A stretch of 64,000 bases of DNA from Minutocellus sp. GHC0000111 (Eukaryota), in NCBI GenBank assembly GCA_977018835.1, contig OZ361260.1, positions 2,790,001 through 2,854,000 of the forward strand, read 5' to 3'. The position numbers and the translations under genes are program-made. Below are positions 24,061 to 36,064 of the stretch, piece by piece (position 1 is the first letter of the stretch; each line of letters starts with the position of its first letter). Under the pieces are notes generated by a model. It did no database searches and was not told the DNA's origin. It saw only the letters and a list, made by a program, of their open reading frames with translations.

Positions 24061-25455
24061 ATGGATAAGCTCGCAACAAAAAGATTAGTAAGATCAACAA
24101 CCAGTCTTCGAAAATTGGGCTCGGCGGACGAAACGCCATTCACCAGTATGATTTTGGATCGAACCAAGGCGCTTCGGATAAATATGATGAAGAAGAGCAA
24201 AAAGCAGCACCAGAGCAGCGACGGGGACGACCCACTGTCTGGCGATTATCGTCGCCTTGACAAGGGCGTATGCGCGATAGCCCCGCCGGTTGTCCCCACC
24301 CAGCCGGTCCAGCCAACGTACACATCCAGCTACCCCGGTAGCGGCGACACGCAGCTCTACCAGCTGATCGAAGCAATGACTGGATTGGTTACCGGTGACG
24401 ATCATAGATCGAACGGGCACAAAAATACGGTGACCATTAACACCCATTATCCCTGTCCTGAGGGTGTGGCGATGAGAGACGTCAATGTTCCTCGGACGGT
24501 GCTTCTTATTCGAAATCCACTGGATGCTATCAGCAGTTACCATAGCTTTATGTCTCTCATGAATGCCGCTGGAGCTGTCGCCCCGGGTGACTCTCCAACC
24601 TACGTATCACAGCAACCACCCGTTGAAGCATGGTTGGATTGGCGAGACAATTTCTTCGAGGGCCAGCTTCAACTGTGGGTAAAACATCTCGAGTATTGGA
24701 TGGAACTCTATCCCACCAGCTTCAATCGCCTCATTATATCATATGAGAAGCTACGAGACGAGGAAACTGGACCTGGTGAGACGGCAAGGCCTGCCGAATT
24801 TCTTTCTCGGTCCGATGGTGTTGCGGACAGTCTACGTCCGCCAGATGATTTACCGTGTCTCTGGCGAACCATCTTCTCCAACAAAACAGAGATGGAAGAT
24901 CGTCCCCAAGCCATGGAAGAGACTATACAGCGCCGTCGTCTCCAGGAGAAGGAATCCCTTGATCCTTTCATTTGGGACACCGCCTATTCCCCAAACCCTC
25001 CTTCCGACGGGGAAATCGCACCCCCTGCGGAGTCAGTACCTGATATTGATCCCAGCACACAGGAAAATCCCTCAGACGGCATTGTAAATGAGACAAATGC
25101 AGAGGATGCGAATGGCGCACTAGAGGAATCCAACATCACTCCAACGACTGTCGAGACTCCTGTGCTCATTGCAGAATCCGCCCCTCAACCTCTTCGATAC
25201 GACCCACCCTTCACACCGAGTCAGTTCCGCGACATTGCGCTCGTCCTGTCGCAGCTGTTGGAAAAATACAGCAATGAAAGAAGTCTCACACCCATAATTG
25301 TTGGGTACATGGACGACGTCCAACGGAGAGTTCAGGAGCAACTAGGGGGGCTGGAAGGTTCACAACAATTTCTCGATGTTGGTAGTCAAGAAACCCAATT
25401 AGTGGACGGCCGTCACTTTGTGGGATCCTTGACACCACAGCAACAATTGCCGTGA
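24061..25455 (+). CDS. Sulfotransferase-like (WSCD-type) protein; 5' end uncertain
   Basis: SYPGSG PAPS-binding loop, THYP, LLIRNPLDAI.SY and ISYEKL motifs. Confidence 0.7.
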   Translation: MDKLATKRLVRSTTSLRKLGSADETPFTSMILDRTKALRINMMKKSKKQHQSSDGDDPLSGDYRRLDKGVCAIAPPVVPTQPVQPTYTSSYPGSGDTQLYQLIEAMTGLVTGDDHRSNGHKNTVTINTHYPCPEGVAMRDVNVPRTVLLIRNPLDAISSYHSFMSLMNAAGAVAPGDSPTYVSQQPPVEAWLDWRDNFFEGQLQLWVKHLEYWMELYPTSFNRLIISYEKLRDEETGPGETARPAEFLSRSDGVADSLRPPDDLPCLWRTIFSNKTEMEDRPQAMEETIQRRRLQEKESLDPFIWDTAYSPNPPSDGEIAPPAESVPDIDPSTQENPSDGIVNETNAEDANGALEESNITPTTVETPVLIAESAPQPLRYDPPFTPSQFRDIALVLSQLLEKYSNERSLTPIIVGYMDDVQRRVQEQLGGLEGSQQFLDVGSQETQLVDGRHFVGSLTPQQQLP

Positions 25456-25557
25456 AGAGTTATCAAACCCGGGTATAATGTAAATTAGTCTTTTAAAAGC
25501 TATGGTATCTATTATGTAGTACATTATTATGAAATCTTATCAGCGCAACAAACCAGG

Positions 25558-27032
25558 CTAGACATATCGTCGTCTACTAATGACGTCTTTAGACGGCTGC
25601 CTCCACATTGCGACTTCATCAATAATCGCCGCAATACACACAAAGAGGGCCGGGTCAATTCCCTTCGATATTGATATTTGGCAATTGCTCTGGTTAATAA
25701 ATTCTTTGGATTCTTCTGTAGTAAGCAGACAGCATCCCCTATACATTGGGTCTCTACCCGACCGACCAACAAACGTGACATTTGGCAATCCAGGTACTGG
25801 ATGCGATCCTTTATACTTTGCGTCTGACTCATACTTTCCTTCCTCGCCTGAGGAGAAAAACAGAGCATAACGCATGGGATAAGGAAATGAGCCCGAAGTC
25901 CTGAACTCTGCAAAAGCGAAAAGATCAACACTCTGACCAGCAATACCAATGTCAGACGTAGAACCAGCTGAAATCTGGCTGCTAATGCATGGCTTTGTAG
26001 CATAAATTCGAACCACTGGCTCCTCGTGAGGGGACTTGAGGGCACAAACCGCAAGAGGAACATCCATTGATGAGTCACGAAGTATAAGGTAGTCCTTTTC
26101 ATAGTGTGATGGGGAAGAGAAACCAAGACTAGCCAAGCCAAGAGAACCGCTCAAAGCTAAATCTAGAAAAGATTCTCCATTCGTTGAGTACATGATTTGT
26201 CTTGATTGTGTATTGTTCACGTCCATCGTGTTCAATACACGCTGGGCAGTTGGTGACGATTTGTCTCTCCTTTTGGCAAGTCTCCACTGCTGTTCATATT
26301 TGCCCAATGCTAGTGAATGAAAAGATAATTCAAGGACCTTTGAATATGATGTGCTTTCCTGCACTGGACTTCTACTTGCATCGGCCACCCCGTATGCATC
26401 GGCCACCCCGTATGATCCGCTTAAGCACGCAATTGTCGGACTGAGACAAGTTGCCTTCACCTTTCGACGTCCCTCGAGGAACTTTGAGCCCGTCAATAGC
26501 ACGCGCCGGCCATGGAATTTGCCATTGAAGGGTTCTGGTGGATTATCTCTCATGTGCTGGTCACACTCGATGACCTTTCGTGTATCTTCATTACTACATG
26601 TAGGAGTCTCCTGTTGTTGCATTCTCTTGGCTTGTGCTCTTTCACGGAACCTTCGCTTCGGGGATGATAGATCAACATTACTCATCTTCCTCGTTGCCTC
26701 AGTTGCAGCATTGGACAGTATCTCCGACCTATTCTGTATTCTTTCATCGTCCCTTCTTTGCCGAGAGGGTGGCATGTTTGATCGCTTCTCAACGTCGTCT
26801 TTGGCAACATTACATGTGTGGCGGGGAACATCGTTCCCGATTTGAATATATGAATTCAACACGTCAGACTTGCTCAAGAGGTGACGTTCGCTTTTCTCCC
26901 AAGGATGCTCAACGAGGAAGTGCTGGGGTTTGTTCCTGTGCAGCCAGTATCAACCATGTCGATATTGTCATCGTCGTTGCCAATCAAGTCGTCGGAGATG
27001 TGGTCATCGTGGAACGAAGGAGACTGGCCCAT
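25558..27032 (-). CDS. Protein with C-terminal Tubby/LURP-like domain; the likely MGQS start (27032) is out of frame with the main ORF (25558-26877)
   Basis: C-terminal ISISKGIDPALFVCIAAIIDE helix is typical of Tubby-C/LURP folds. The upstream ATG GGC CAG lies in a different frame. Confidence 0.55.
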
Positions 27033-27456
27033 GGCGGCACGCACGGCTTAATTAGTTAGTGGCGGTAGTAATGCCAATGTCTTGTTGAGAACTGAAGCTC
27101 TTGTCGAAATGACAACACATCCATACTCAGGTTTTCAGTCAGCTGAAAGAAGGATGAGGATCTGAGGTCTATGGGCGACGAACGCCCTGCCTTCGCTGTC
27201 AATTAGTGAGCTTTGGGTTGTTCGTCTTCTATTCTGTCTTGCTTGCTTCTCGTCTGTGCAGGCGTGTGGCGTGTGATGACAAAAACGGCCGGCGCGCCAC
27301 TTTTTCACTCTTGGATTGTTGAGCAGCCCAACAATATGGGGGTACCGGTAGGTACTAGTAGATCTAGATCTAAGCGATGAAATGTTTTTTCTATAGCTTC
27401 AGGTGTCAACATCCATCAAGCTGCTTATGCAATGCGTGTCTCGTCAAATATGTAAG

Positions 27457-29594
27457 TTAGTGGTAGTTCTTGAGGAAATCAAGAGTTCCGGCCGCAAGCT
27501 CCTCCTTGGGCAAAACCTTGCCACCAGCCTCTCCGCCCTTGACAACACCAACACCAGAAGCGCCACTTGCACCCTTGTTGATAACCGGAGCAGCAGCCTT
27601 GACCGGAGCCGGGGCCGGGGCCGGCGTCGGTGCGGGAGCAGGAGCGGGAGCAGACTTCTCGGCAGCCAGCTTCTTCTCATCGGCAGCAGCCTTGGCGGCA
27701 GCGGCCTTGGCTTCGGCCTCCTTCTCGGAAGCCTTCTCAGCGGCCTTTTCTGCTGCCTCCTTCTCAGCGGCCTTTCGCTCGGCAGCCTTCTCCCCCGCCT
27801 TTGCCTTGGCCTCCTTGGCCTCGGCAGCCCGGGCATCAGCCTCAGCCTCGGCAGCCTTCTCACGCTCAGCCTCGGCCTTGGCCTCGGCAGCCTCAGCCTC
27901 CTAAAGTTGAATTCGAACAGATATTCGTGGGGAGAATTCAATGAGTTTGGAATCTTAAAAAATGGCACAAATAGATAGATAGATATATAATGTAATATTG
28001 GCATTCGTGGCGTTCGTATTCATCTCACCTTCTGGGCGGCGGCCTTCTCCTTGGTAGCAGCCTTGGCGGCCTTCTCCTCAGCCTTCTTGGCATCGGCCTG
28101 CGCATATTTTACAAATTCGATGGGATAGACAGCAGATGGATGTGAGAAAAGAGGCGAAAAATAAAAATGTGAAAAAGATTCAATCTCTCATATTTTGATC
28201 ACATACCTCAGCCTTGGCCTTGAGCTCTTCCTCCTTCTTGGCAGCGGCCTCCTTGGCGGCGGCCTTCTCGGCAGCCTCCTGTTTAGTTGAAAAAAACAAG
28301 TAAGTGACGCGTCCACAAAGAAATTACGTATAATGTGAGCAAAAAACACATGTCTGTGAAAAACAAAATGATTAAATCGAAATTTGAGATTCGGTTCGAC
28401 ATACCTTTTCCTTGGCGGCGCGCTCGGCAGCCTTCTCCTCGGCCTTGGCCTTGGCGGCGGCCTGACAATAGAATGGAAAAAGTTTGTTGGAAAGCACAAA
28501 TATGATGTGAGCATATGATGGTATGTGCCAATACTTTGAAGTCACAAAAAGAAAAGGCACGCACAAAACACGTCGCAAATGCGATATTCACAACACGTAT
28601 TTTAAATGTAACTCACGTCCTTGGCAGCCTTGGCATCGGCGGCGTCCTCAGCGGCGACGGCCTCCTCCTCGGCAACACGCTCCTCGAGGTCAAGGTCGTA
28701 GGCGCCCTTGGCGACCTTCTTGGTAGCAGCCTTCTTCACGGCCTTCTTGGGGGCAGCGGCGATGGAGGGAGCCTTGGTCTCGGAGACCTTGGCAGCCTTG
28801 GGCTTGACCGTCTTCTCGATGGCGGCCTTGGGGGCGGGGGCGGGAGCCTCGACGTTGCTGAAGGGGGCGGCGAGGATGAGGCCAAGGGCGGCACCGGCGC
28901 CGCCGAAGAGGCCGAGGGCCTTGGTCAGCTCACCACCGTCGACGCTGGCGTTGACCTGCTTCTTGGCCTGGGCGGCCTCGAAGGCGTCGATCTCGGCCTG
29001 GATCTTGTCTCGGCGCTCCTTGGTACGCTGGAGGGTACCACGGGCGGCGGAGAGGGCAACGAAGGGGGCGGCAACGAGGGGGGCGGCACCGAGAGCAACG
29101 CCGATGGGTCCAGCGTTGGGGTCGGAATCGGCGGGAGGAGCAGCGACGGGGGCGGCCTTGGCCTTGGGCTCGGGAGCCTTCTTGGGGGCCTTCTCCTTCT
29201 TCTGCTTGGGGGCCTTCTTGGCAGCGGCGGCCTCGGCCTCGATCTTGGCCTGGAGAGCGGCCTCGGCCTCGGCCTTGGCGGCAGCCTCGGCCTCAGCCTT
29301 GAGCTGCTTCTTGCTCTTGGGCTTGGGCTTCTCCACCTTGGGAGCAGGCTCGGGCTTGGGGGCCTTCTCCTTCTTGGGAGCCTTCTCCTTCTTGGCCGGA
29401 GCAGGGGCGGGGACAGGAGCAGGGACAGGGGCGCTCAGATCACCAAGGTCGCCGAGGTCATAGTCCGACTTCTTCGCCATCTGGGGCTGGACAGAGAACG
29501 CCGATGGGCGAACGCCGACCGAGCTGGACGGGACGAACGCCGAGACCAGCGAAGCCGAAACGGCCGCAACAACAGAGATGGCAGAGAACTTCAT
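27457..29594 (-). CDS. Plastid-targeted Ala/Lys/Glu/Pro-rich protein with two hydrophobic segments; about five exons (29594-28617, 28462-28404, 28280-28247, 28099-28029, 27902-27457; boundaries approximate)
   Basis: Signal peptide plus VSAFVP. Strongly GC3-biased AAK/EAE codons alternate with AT-rich GT-AG introns; ends ...LDFLKNYH*. Confidence 0.75.
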
Positions 29595-30267
29595 GCTGTT
29601 CCTGTACAGATATGTGTATGTACTGTATGTACTGGTCGCTTACGCCAGATGAAAAAGAGTAGGCAGCGGCGATAGCAAAGCGCGAGAAGCGGTACCACAA
29701 CGCCGGCGGTTGAAGAGCGACGACGGCGACAAAGCAAGCAAGCTACGCGTTGCCTCCATACAGGGGAAACGTAGATCTCGGAAAGCCCCCTTGTCAGTAT
29801 TTAGTGCCTAGGAGATGAATTATTAGTGGATCGAATTTTCTCTTCACGACTGTTTTGTTCGATCGAAAGATACCGGTGCTAGCTAGTAGATCTGATGATC
29901 GACGACTCGACTCACTCGGTCGGGTCAGTCAATACGAACAATCATAGTCAGTCTCTTCTGTTGCACCGGTCACAATATATCAATCAAATCAACTCTTATA
30001 AGATTTCTTCTGAATTTGTATTAACTATACTAAAATGGAATGGATGGTGTGTGTGTGCATACGGTAGGTGAGACACATGATGAGGAGCCAAACGAACTCT
30101 CTGAAATAATTCGAGAACTCATCATCAGGATGCGTGCATCTTATATCATCAACATTGGTGGTCCTTCTTGGGGGCATACAAAGGTCAACATTAGCGACGA
30201 CCCTCCTCCTCAAAACCAATGCCGAACATGATTTCGATCTACATGGATAGTGCCCGCGAAGCTATCT

Positions 30268-32532
30268 CTAACAGTTGGGACCGGGGCAGCAGGTACTGCA
30301 GCACTCGCAGCTGACCGATGGTTCGGCACCGCCGCAGTCGGTCCAGAGCTCGGAAAGGACACCATTGTTGTTGGTGAGCTTGCAGATGCCCTGGCTGACG
30401 TCGCCGACGAACTCGTTGTCCTCGAGGCCCAATGCCGTGAGCTGCTTGAAATTTTGCAAGTTCTGCGGGATGTAGCCGGTGAGCTGGTTGCCGAACAGAT
30501 ACAGCTGTCGGAGGCTCTGGAGGTTGGCACCGACGCAGTCGGGGATCTCGCCGGTGAGGAAGTTGGAATCGAGGAAGAGGACCTCGAGGTTGGAGAGATC
30601 GCAGACGGAGGCGGGGATGGGACCGGAGATCTTGTTGTCCGACAGGTACAGCTCGGTGAGGGTATCGGAGATGCCGGAAACCTCGGCGGGGAAGCCGGTG
30701 ATCTTGTTGGAGCTGAGGAAGAGGACCTTGAGCTTGGCCATGGTACCGATGAGGTCGGGGATGGTACCCTCGATCTTGTTCTGGAAGAGGTAGAGGTGCT
30801 TGAGGTTGTCCAGAGCACCGATCTCCTCGGGAAGCTCGCCATTGAAGAAGTTGGTGGCAAGGTTCATGGTAACGAGGCTCTGCATGGTGCCGACCTCGGT
30901 GGGGATGGAACCAGACAGGCTGTTGCCGCGCAGGGAGAGGTATTCGAGGTCGACCATGTTGCCGATCTCGGTGGGGATGTTGCCAAAGACCTCGTTGTTG
31001 TCGAGGTTGAACGACTTGAGGCTGGAGAGAAGTCCGAGCTTGGTGGGGAGGGTGCCGGTGAAGCGGTTGTTGTTCAAGTAGAGGTACTCCAGGCTGGGGA
31101 TGTTGCCAATCTGGTGGGCGATGGAGCCGGAGAACTTGTTGCCGGACAGGCCAAGGTACTCGAGCTCGTCAATGTTGGCAATGTGAAGGGCGTGGACGGG
31201 TCCCTCGAGCTCGTTGTTGAACAGGATGAGCTTCTTGAGGCTGGAAAGCTGTCCAACCTCGGGACGGAGCTCACCGGTGAGGCGGTTGTCCTGAAGGTTG
31301 AGGTAGACGAGGTGGATGAGGTTGTCGTAGATGGTGACGGGGATCTCACCGGTGTGGGCGTTGTTGTACAGGGCCAGCTGACGGAGCTCGGTCATGGAAC
31401 CGACCTCGAGGGGGATGGTACCCTCGAGGTCGGGGTTGTTCTTGATGACCAGGTTCTCCACGGCCTTGAGGATGGACAGCTCGGCGGGGAGCTCACCGAC
31501 GAGGTTGTTGTCGTCGAAGGCGACGGCGCGGACCTCGCCGACGTCGTTGCAGCCCAGACCGTACCAGCCGGGTCCGCCGTTGAAGCCGCACTCATCGCCA
31601 TTGAGCCAGTTGTTCTTGTTGCCCCACGAATCGCCGCCGGTGGCAAAGTACAGAGTGGCCAGGGCGTAGCGCTGCAGGATGCGCGAGTCCATGGCGGGAG
31701 TGCCATCGGGAGTGAGCTGGAGGGGGTCGGTATCGACGAGCCAGCCGAAGGCCTGGTGCTGGGGAGAACCGGCCGTGAAGGCCGCGGGGGCCAGGTTGGG
31801 AACGACCTCGCGCATCATGTCGCCGAGGATGGTCTCGCGGACGGTCGTCGGGGCGCTGGTCGGGGAGGGGGTGGGAGCGCCCGTGGTGGGTCGCATGGTG
31901 GGCATGGGCGAAATGGTCGGGGCGGCCGTACCGCCTCCGGACGTGCCGGCCCGACCGCCATCCTTGCCACCGAGCATGGTAACGCCGACGGCAATCAATA
32001 CGGCGGCAACGACGAGGACGCCAGCGCCGATGATCATGAGCCTCCTGCGGCGCTTGTTGGGACCTCCGGCCGCCGGGGCGTCCTCGTTCTTAAACTTCTT
32101 GTCCATGTCTCCCCCGCCGCCGCTGCCGCTCTTCCGGCTCTTCTTGCTGGCGCCGGCACTGTTGCCATTGCCGTTGCTGTACACGTTCTTCTCGCCGCTG
32201 ACGTCCATGTCGGACGTGTCGGGGGTGTGGTTGGACTCCACATCTCCGCTGGCCTGGGTGGCCGCCCGCGTGTCGGCCGCACCGGCCAGAGTTTCTCGCG
32301 TCACGCTGCTGGTCACCGACGCGAAGCCAAAGGTCGACGTATCGTCCATCATGTTGGTCACGTTGGCGTCGCCGGCCGACGCGGCACCGCCGGCGTCGGC
32401 CCCGTACCGGTCGGCGGCCGGGTCCGTCGCCATGGCCCCGGCGTGGGCCGAACCGATCATGGAATCGTCCGCAAAGTTGTCGGCTCCGCGATCACCGAAC
32501 TCTTCCCGATCGAGGTCGTTTGGGTTCAGCAT
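30268..32532 (-). CDS. Type-II membrane leucine-rich-repeat protein (diatom LRR family)
   Basis: TM helix, TxAPT linker, QRYALATLYFAT cap, many plant-type LRRs (L.G.IP.EIG) and a C-terminal C..C..CC. Confidence 0.92.
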   Translation of the reverse strand: MLNPNDLDREEFGDRGADNFADDSMIGSAHAGAMATDPAADRYGADAGGAASAGDANVTNMMDDTSTFGFASVTSSVTRETLAGAADTRAATQASGDVESNHTPDTSDMDVSGEKNVYSNGNGNSAGASKKSRKSGSGGGGDMDKKFKNEDAPAAGGPNKRRRRLMIIGAGVLVVAAVLIAVGVTMLGGKDGGRAGTSGGGTAAPTISPMPTMRPTTGAPTPSPTSAPTTVRETILGDMMREVVPNLAPAAFTAGSPQHQAFGWLVDTDPLQLTPDGTPAMDSRILQRYALATLYFATGGDSWGNKNNWLNGDECGFNGGPGWYGLGCNDVGEVRAVAFDDNNLVGELPAELSILKAVENLVIKNNPDLEGTIPLEVGSMTELRQLALYNNAHTGEIPVTIYDNLIHLVYLNLQDNRLTGELRPEVGQLSSLKKLILFNNELEGPVHALHIANIDELEYLGLSGNKFSGSIAHQIGNIPSLEYLYLNNNRFTGTLPTKLGLLSSLKSFNLDNNEVFGNIPTEIGNMVDLEYLSLRGNSLSGSIPTEVGTMQSLVTMNLATNFFNGELPEEIGALDNLKHLYLFQNKIEGTIPDLIGTMAKLKVLFLSSNKITGFPAEVSGISDTLTELYLSDNKISGPIPASVCDLSNLEVLFLDSNFLTGEIPDCVGANLQSLRQLYLFGNQLTGYIPQNLQNFKQLTALGLEDNEFVGDVSQGICKLTNNNGVLSELWTDCGGAEPSVSCECCSTCCPGPNC

Positions 32533-33151
32533 TGTGTTGTGTCGTGGCTGTTATTCTTGTTGTGAATAGGGTCGTATTAGCAATAGGTGCAAACTTGCCC
32601 TCGTTCCAAAGCAATGTATTGGATTTAGATGCAAAAGTGGGGGCTACGCAACGCTCGTCCAAAGGGTATCCCACAGAAGAGATTTTTTTGCACGATACCA
32701 AACGGTCGGGAACTAAAGTGTTCGAACTCTCCGAAAGTATTTATTTGATTGGATGTATCTCTTGGCAGGGCTGAGCAAAGAAGAACAGCAGCCCTAACAG
32801 ATGGTGATCAATCGAATCAATAGATGAGGTTCCAAAGGGGTTGGGTGGTTGGTCCAGGGAACACACTCGAAGAGGCAGTTGGGTACGAATTTAGGTGCAC
32901 CAAGATGTGAGTGGAAACCGGCACGAGATGTGTCGGCCGCGCCGGAGCGCCGGAGCGGAGATGGGATTTGCTTGCAAGCCGCTCTTGTTTCGCAACGGCG
33001 ACACACTGGATCAAATTTTGCTGGCTGAAAAATTGACCGGCAGGCTCGCGGAGGGAGATGAAGGACTTGATCGACTGATGAAATGGTTGACTTATTCGAC
33101 TGTGGAAAGATCTACGAAAGGCCCAAGATACGAGAGGCATCAGCTGGACAC

Positions 33152-34426
33152 ATGATGTGCATGATGCCAGCAGCATCAGCAACCAACCGGCTTGTTCTTC
33201 CCCTGACGGCACTGGGAACGGTGACGGCGGTCGTCTTGCTCAAGGCCCGGTTCGGCCGGGCACTTCGACGCATTATCAACACCGTCGACAGCATCCAACC
33301 CACGGAGGAAGAGGTTGCCAGCCATCAGCATCAGACACCGTCTCTGTTGCCATCGGAGGTGGAGGAATACATCCAAGAGTCTGACGAAAGGCCGGTGGTT
33401 GTGGGTGCCGAACGAAAGATTCACTGGGCCAAGAATTCCAGGCATCAAAAGACCGAATATGCCGTCGTCTTTCTCCATGGGTGGGGTGCCTGTCGTCAGG
33501 AGTGCAGGCCGGTGCCCGAACGACTTGCAGAGGCCATCGGCGCCAATCTGTACTGCTTGCCGGGACATGGGAGACGTCACAAGCGTGGGAGGCTGGGTGG
33601 TGGTGGGCCAGATGGTGACACCCTGGTCGATGAGGCCCATCCACGCGCCTTGATGGAGTCGGCCGTAGAGGCCTTGCGGATCGGTTTGGCCATTGGGGAC
33701 AAGGTAATTCTTTTGGGAATGTCAACGGGTGGGGTACTGGCAACTTGGCTTGCAACGTTGCCATCCATTCAACAACACATTGCTGCGTTGGTGCTGATAT
33801 CCCCAGCATTTGCACTGGGCCATCCATTGTATCCTGTCCTCAAGCACAGCTTTGCCTCCTTGCGATTGTTGCCTGGATCTTTTGGCAAGCGCATTAGGTC
33901 GTGGTTAATCAAGGCAGTGATTGGTAGTACCAAGGCATCACCAGCTTTGAGTGAGGAGCACCAAAGATTCAATTCGCTTGTATATCCGACAGAAGCCATT
34001 TTGAATTTGCTGGATGTCCTGTGGACCTTGGAGACGATTAAATTCGGAAGTATTGATGTGCCAACCATAATGTTTGGAAATCCAAACGATCACGTTACAA
34101 ACTTTCGAGTCAAGGCCACAAATGCCTTTCTAAGATTTGGGGAAGTACCAAAGGTTTTGCACTGTGTTACGAATTCAGAGCACCCTCATGTCATCGCAAG
34201 CGATATTTTGTCCCCTTCATCTGTTGATGAGATTTCCGATGCATCTGTGCTCTTCTTGAAGACACATGTTGTGAGAGAGAACGTGCGTCCTGCGTTATTG
34301 GAGGATGAGTTGCCAGCAACAACACAAAAAGAAAGGAATAGAACGGGCTCAATGCCAACAGGTATGGGTTCATTCGCATCCTTCTCTAGCCTCAAGGATC
34401 TCACAAGGCCATTCGAGGCTGCATAA
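33152..34426 (+). CDS. Alpha/beta hydrolase (esterase/lipase-like) with N-terminal membrane anchor
   Basis: VFLHGW oxyanion motif, LPGHG, GMSTGG nucleophile elbow, catalytic D (NDHV) and H (HVI). Confidence 0.85.
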   Translation: MMCMMPAASATNRLVLPLTALGTVTAVVLLKARFGRALRRIINTVDSIQPTEEEVASHQHQTPSLLPSEVEEYIQESDERPVVVGAERKIHWAKNSRHQKTEYAVVFLHGWGACRQECRPVPERLAEAIGANLYCLPGHGRRHKRGRLGGGGPDGDTLVDEAHPRALMESAVEALRIGLAIGDKVILLGMSTGGVLATWLATLPSIQQHIAALVLISPAFALGHPLYPVLKHSFASLRLLPGSFGKRIRSWLIKAVIGSTKASPALSEEHQRFNSLVYPTEAILNLLDVLWTLETIKFGSIDVPTIMFGNPNDHVTNFRVKATNAFLRFGEVPKVLHCVTNSEHPHVIASDILSPSSVDEISDASVLFLKTHVVRENVRPALLEDELPATTQKERNRTGSMPTGMGSFASFSSLKDLTRPFEAA

Positions 34427-34547
34427 GATAGCCAGGTCTTTTGTTATCCTGCGAATCCCAGACAAGCAATATCTATTAGTTGTAAGTTATCTTTGCAATT
34501 GATTCTCTTTGTAGGTTTCCTCATAAATATCACTGGCACGCAATGAA

Positions 34548-35579
34548 TTATTTCTTCTTCTCGGCAGCAGCACCCTTTCGGAACTCCTCCCGAAGCTCCC
34601 AGGAACCCTTGTTCTCGCCGCTTCGGTGGAAGTGAGCCAAATCCGACAATACTTCCCTCAATTCTTTCTCGGCCCTGCCACTTGCACTTCTCATATCCTT
34701 GACGGTCAAGTACCGCTGCATGGAGAACAATTCGAAGACCACACTGCGTATGTTCTGTCCCTCGAATTTGCGCTTCCGACCTGACAGGTCGCCCTCGAGC
34801 CCCGCCTTTTGCGAATCCAATATGGCCTTGCCAAATTGCTGCACGCTGTCGCCGAAGCCACCGCTCGACGACCCATTGGCACCGGTATTGGTAATGCTGG
34901 AGCTCACCCGGCTGCCGCCCGTCGCGGCGCCCCGCCGCCCGCTGCCGCCGATGCTCTTGCCGGCACTGGTCAGATCGGCCAGATCGACGGGCTTGACGAA
35001 GCGGTCGGTGGTGGCGGACTGCACGAGCCGATTCTTGCACAGGTTGCGATACCGCTCGGCACCGGCCACCATTTGGAGGTTGCCCGTCTTGGCGACCGTG
35101 GCGTGCAGCTCGATCGATCCGTCGGGTCGGCGGGTGAACGGGTGGAGCGTTGGGACCTTCCTCGTCAGCGCCTCGATGGTGTACTCCACCGGCAGGTCGG
35201 GGGCCTTGGCCGCCAGCTCTTCCGACACTCGTATGCTCAGAGTTTGATCTACTTTGCTGTTGTTGCTGTTGTTGCTGTTGCTGCTGTTGTTTGCGGATTT
35301 GGCATTTGATTTGTTCCCATTGGCCGGTGGCGCCGGCAGTGCCCCGCCCTTGGTGAAGGTGAACGTCCCCAGGACGGTACCCTCCGGTGCCTCCTCAAAG
35401 GCTTGGGCCAGCTTGGGGGGTATTCTCGTCATCCAGGCCGGTTTGCCCACCGACGATGCATCGATCTTGCCGTACGTCGCCGCCGACACGGCTGCTCCGC
35501 TGCCAGCTGGCGTGGGCGATGCGACCCGACCGGCTCCTCCGGCGTTGCCATTCGTCGGCGCTTCGGGTTTGGCTGACAT
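34548..35579 (-). CDS. Transcription initiation factor IIF beta subunit (RAP30)
   Basis: WMTRIPPKL N-terminal motif and C-terminal winged helix (VFELF...TVKDM...ELREVL...GSWELREEF). Confidence 0.8.
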   Translation of the reverse strand: MSAKPEAPTNGNAGGAGRVASPTPAGSGAAVSAATYGKIDASSVGKPAWMTRIPPKLAQAFEEAPEGTVLGTFTFTKGGALPAPPANGNKSNAKSANNSSNSNNSNNSKVDQTLSIRVSEELAAKAPDLPVEYTIEALTRKVPTLHPFTRRPDGSIELHATVAKTGNLQMVAGAERYRNLCKNRLVQSATTDRFVKPVDLADLTSAGKSIGGSGRRGAATGGSRVSSSITNTGANGSSSGGFGDSVQQFGKAILDSQKAGLEGDLSGRKRKFEGQNIRSVVFELFSMQRYLTVKDMRSASGRAEKELREVLSDLAHFHRSGENKGSWELREEFRKGAAAEKKK

Positions 35580-36064
35580 GGTGGTGGTGGTGGTGGTGGT
35601 GGTGGTTGGGTTGGTGCTTTGGGTGTGGCGGTTCCGTTGTGGCGGATTGCGGGAGATCCTCTATTCCGTTGGTCGTGTCCTTGCTTCTCCTGCTTTTGTT
35701 CCGGGCGTTTGAGCTGAAAGAAGCAGATGAGCCGGCTTGCTTCTGCTTGCCCGTGATTTTTCAGTGATGCAATAACGAGGGCCGAAGGAGAACAGAGGCA
35801 AAGGAAAGCACCTCCGCCGTTCGTGACGAACTCCTGGCCACCAGCGCATGTCAATACTCCGCCTGGAGGCATCGACTTTGTAATATATCAATCCCGTCAT
35901 TGCTTTGCGGCACGTCTCGTGTGTGATTTGCAAATTGTTATTTTGGTGCCGCATAATAATCGTCTACGGACCTGACTTGAGATTTGACTTGATCAGCCGC
36001 TTCACTTCTTGGGAAAGTTGCTGCGCATTCCACACCACAACCAAACACGCATTGACACTACATC

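Noticed and set aside
27403..29675. Gly/Leu-rich + strand ORFs (386 aa, 251 aa, 191 aa)
   Set aside because: Antisense of the Ala/Lys-rich gene; intron signals and presequence are on the minus strand
30250..32565. 771-aa + strand ORF antisense to the LRR gene
   Set aside because: Shadow ORF caused by strong C/G third-position bias of the real minus-strand gene; no recognisable motifs
35578..35606. (GGT)n tract and other microsatellites (47150, 59513)
   Set aside because: Ordinary simple repeats in UTRs or introns
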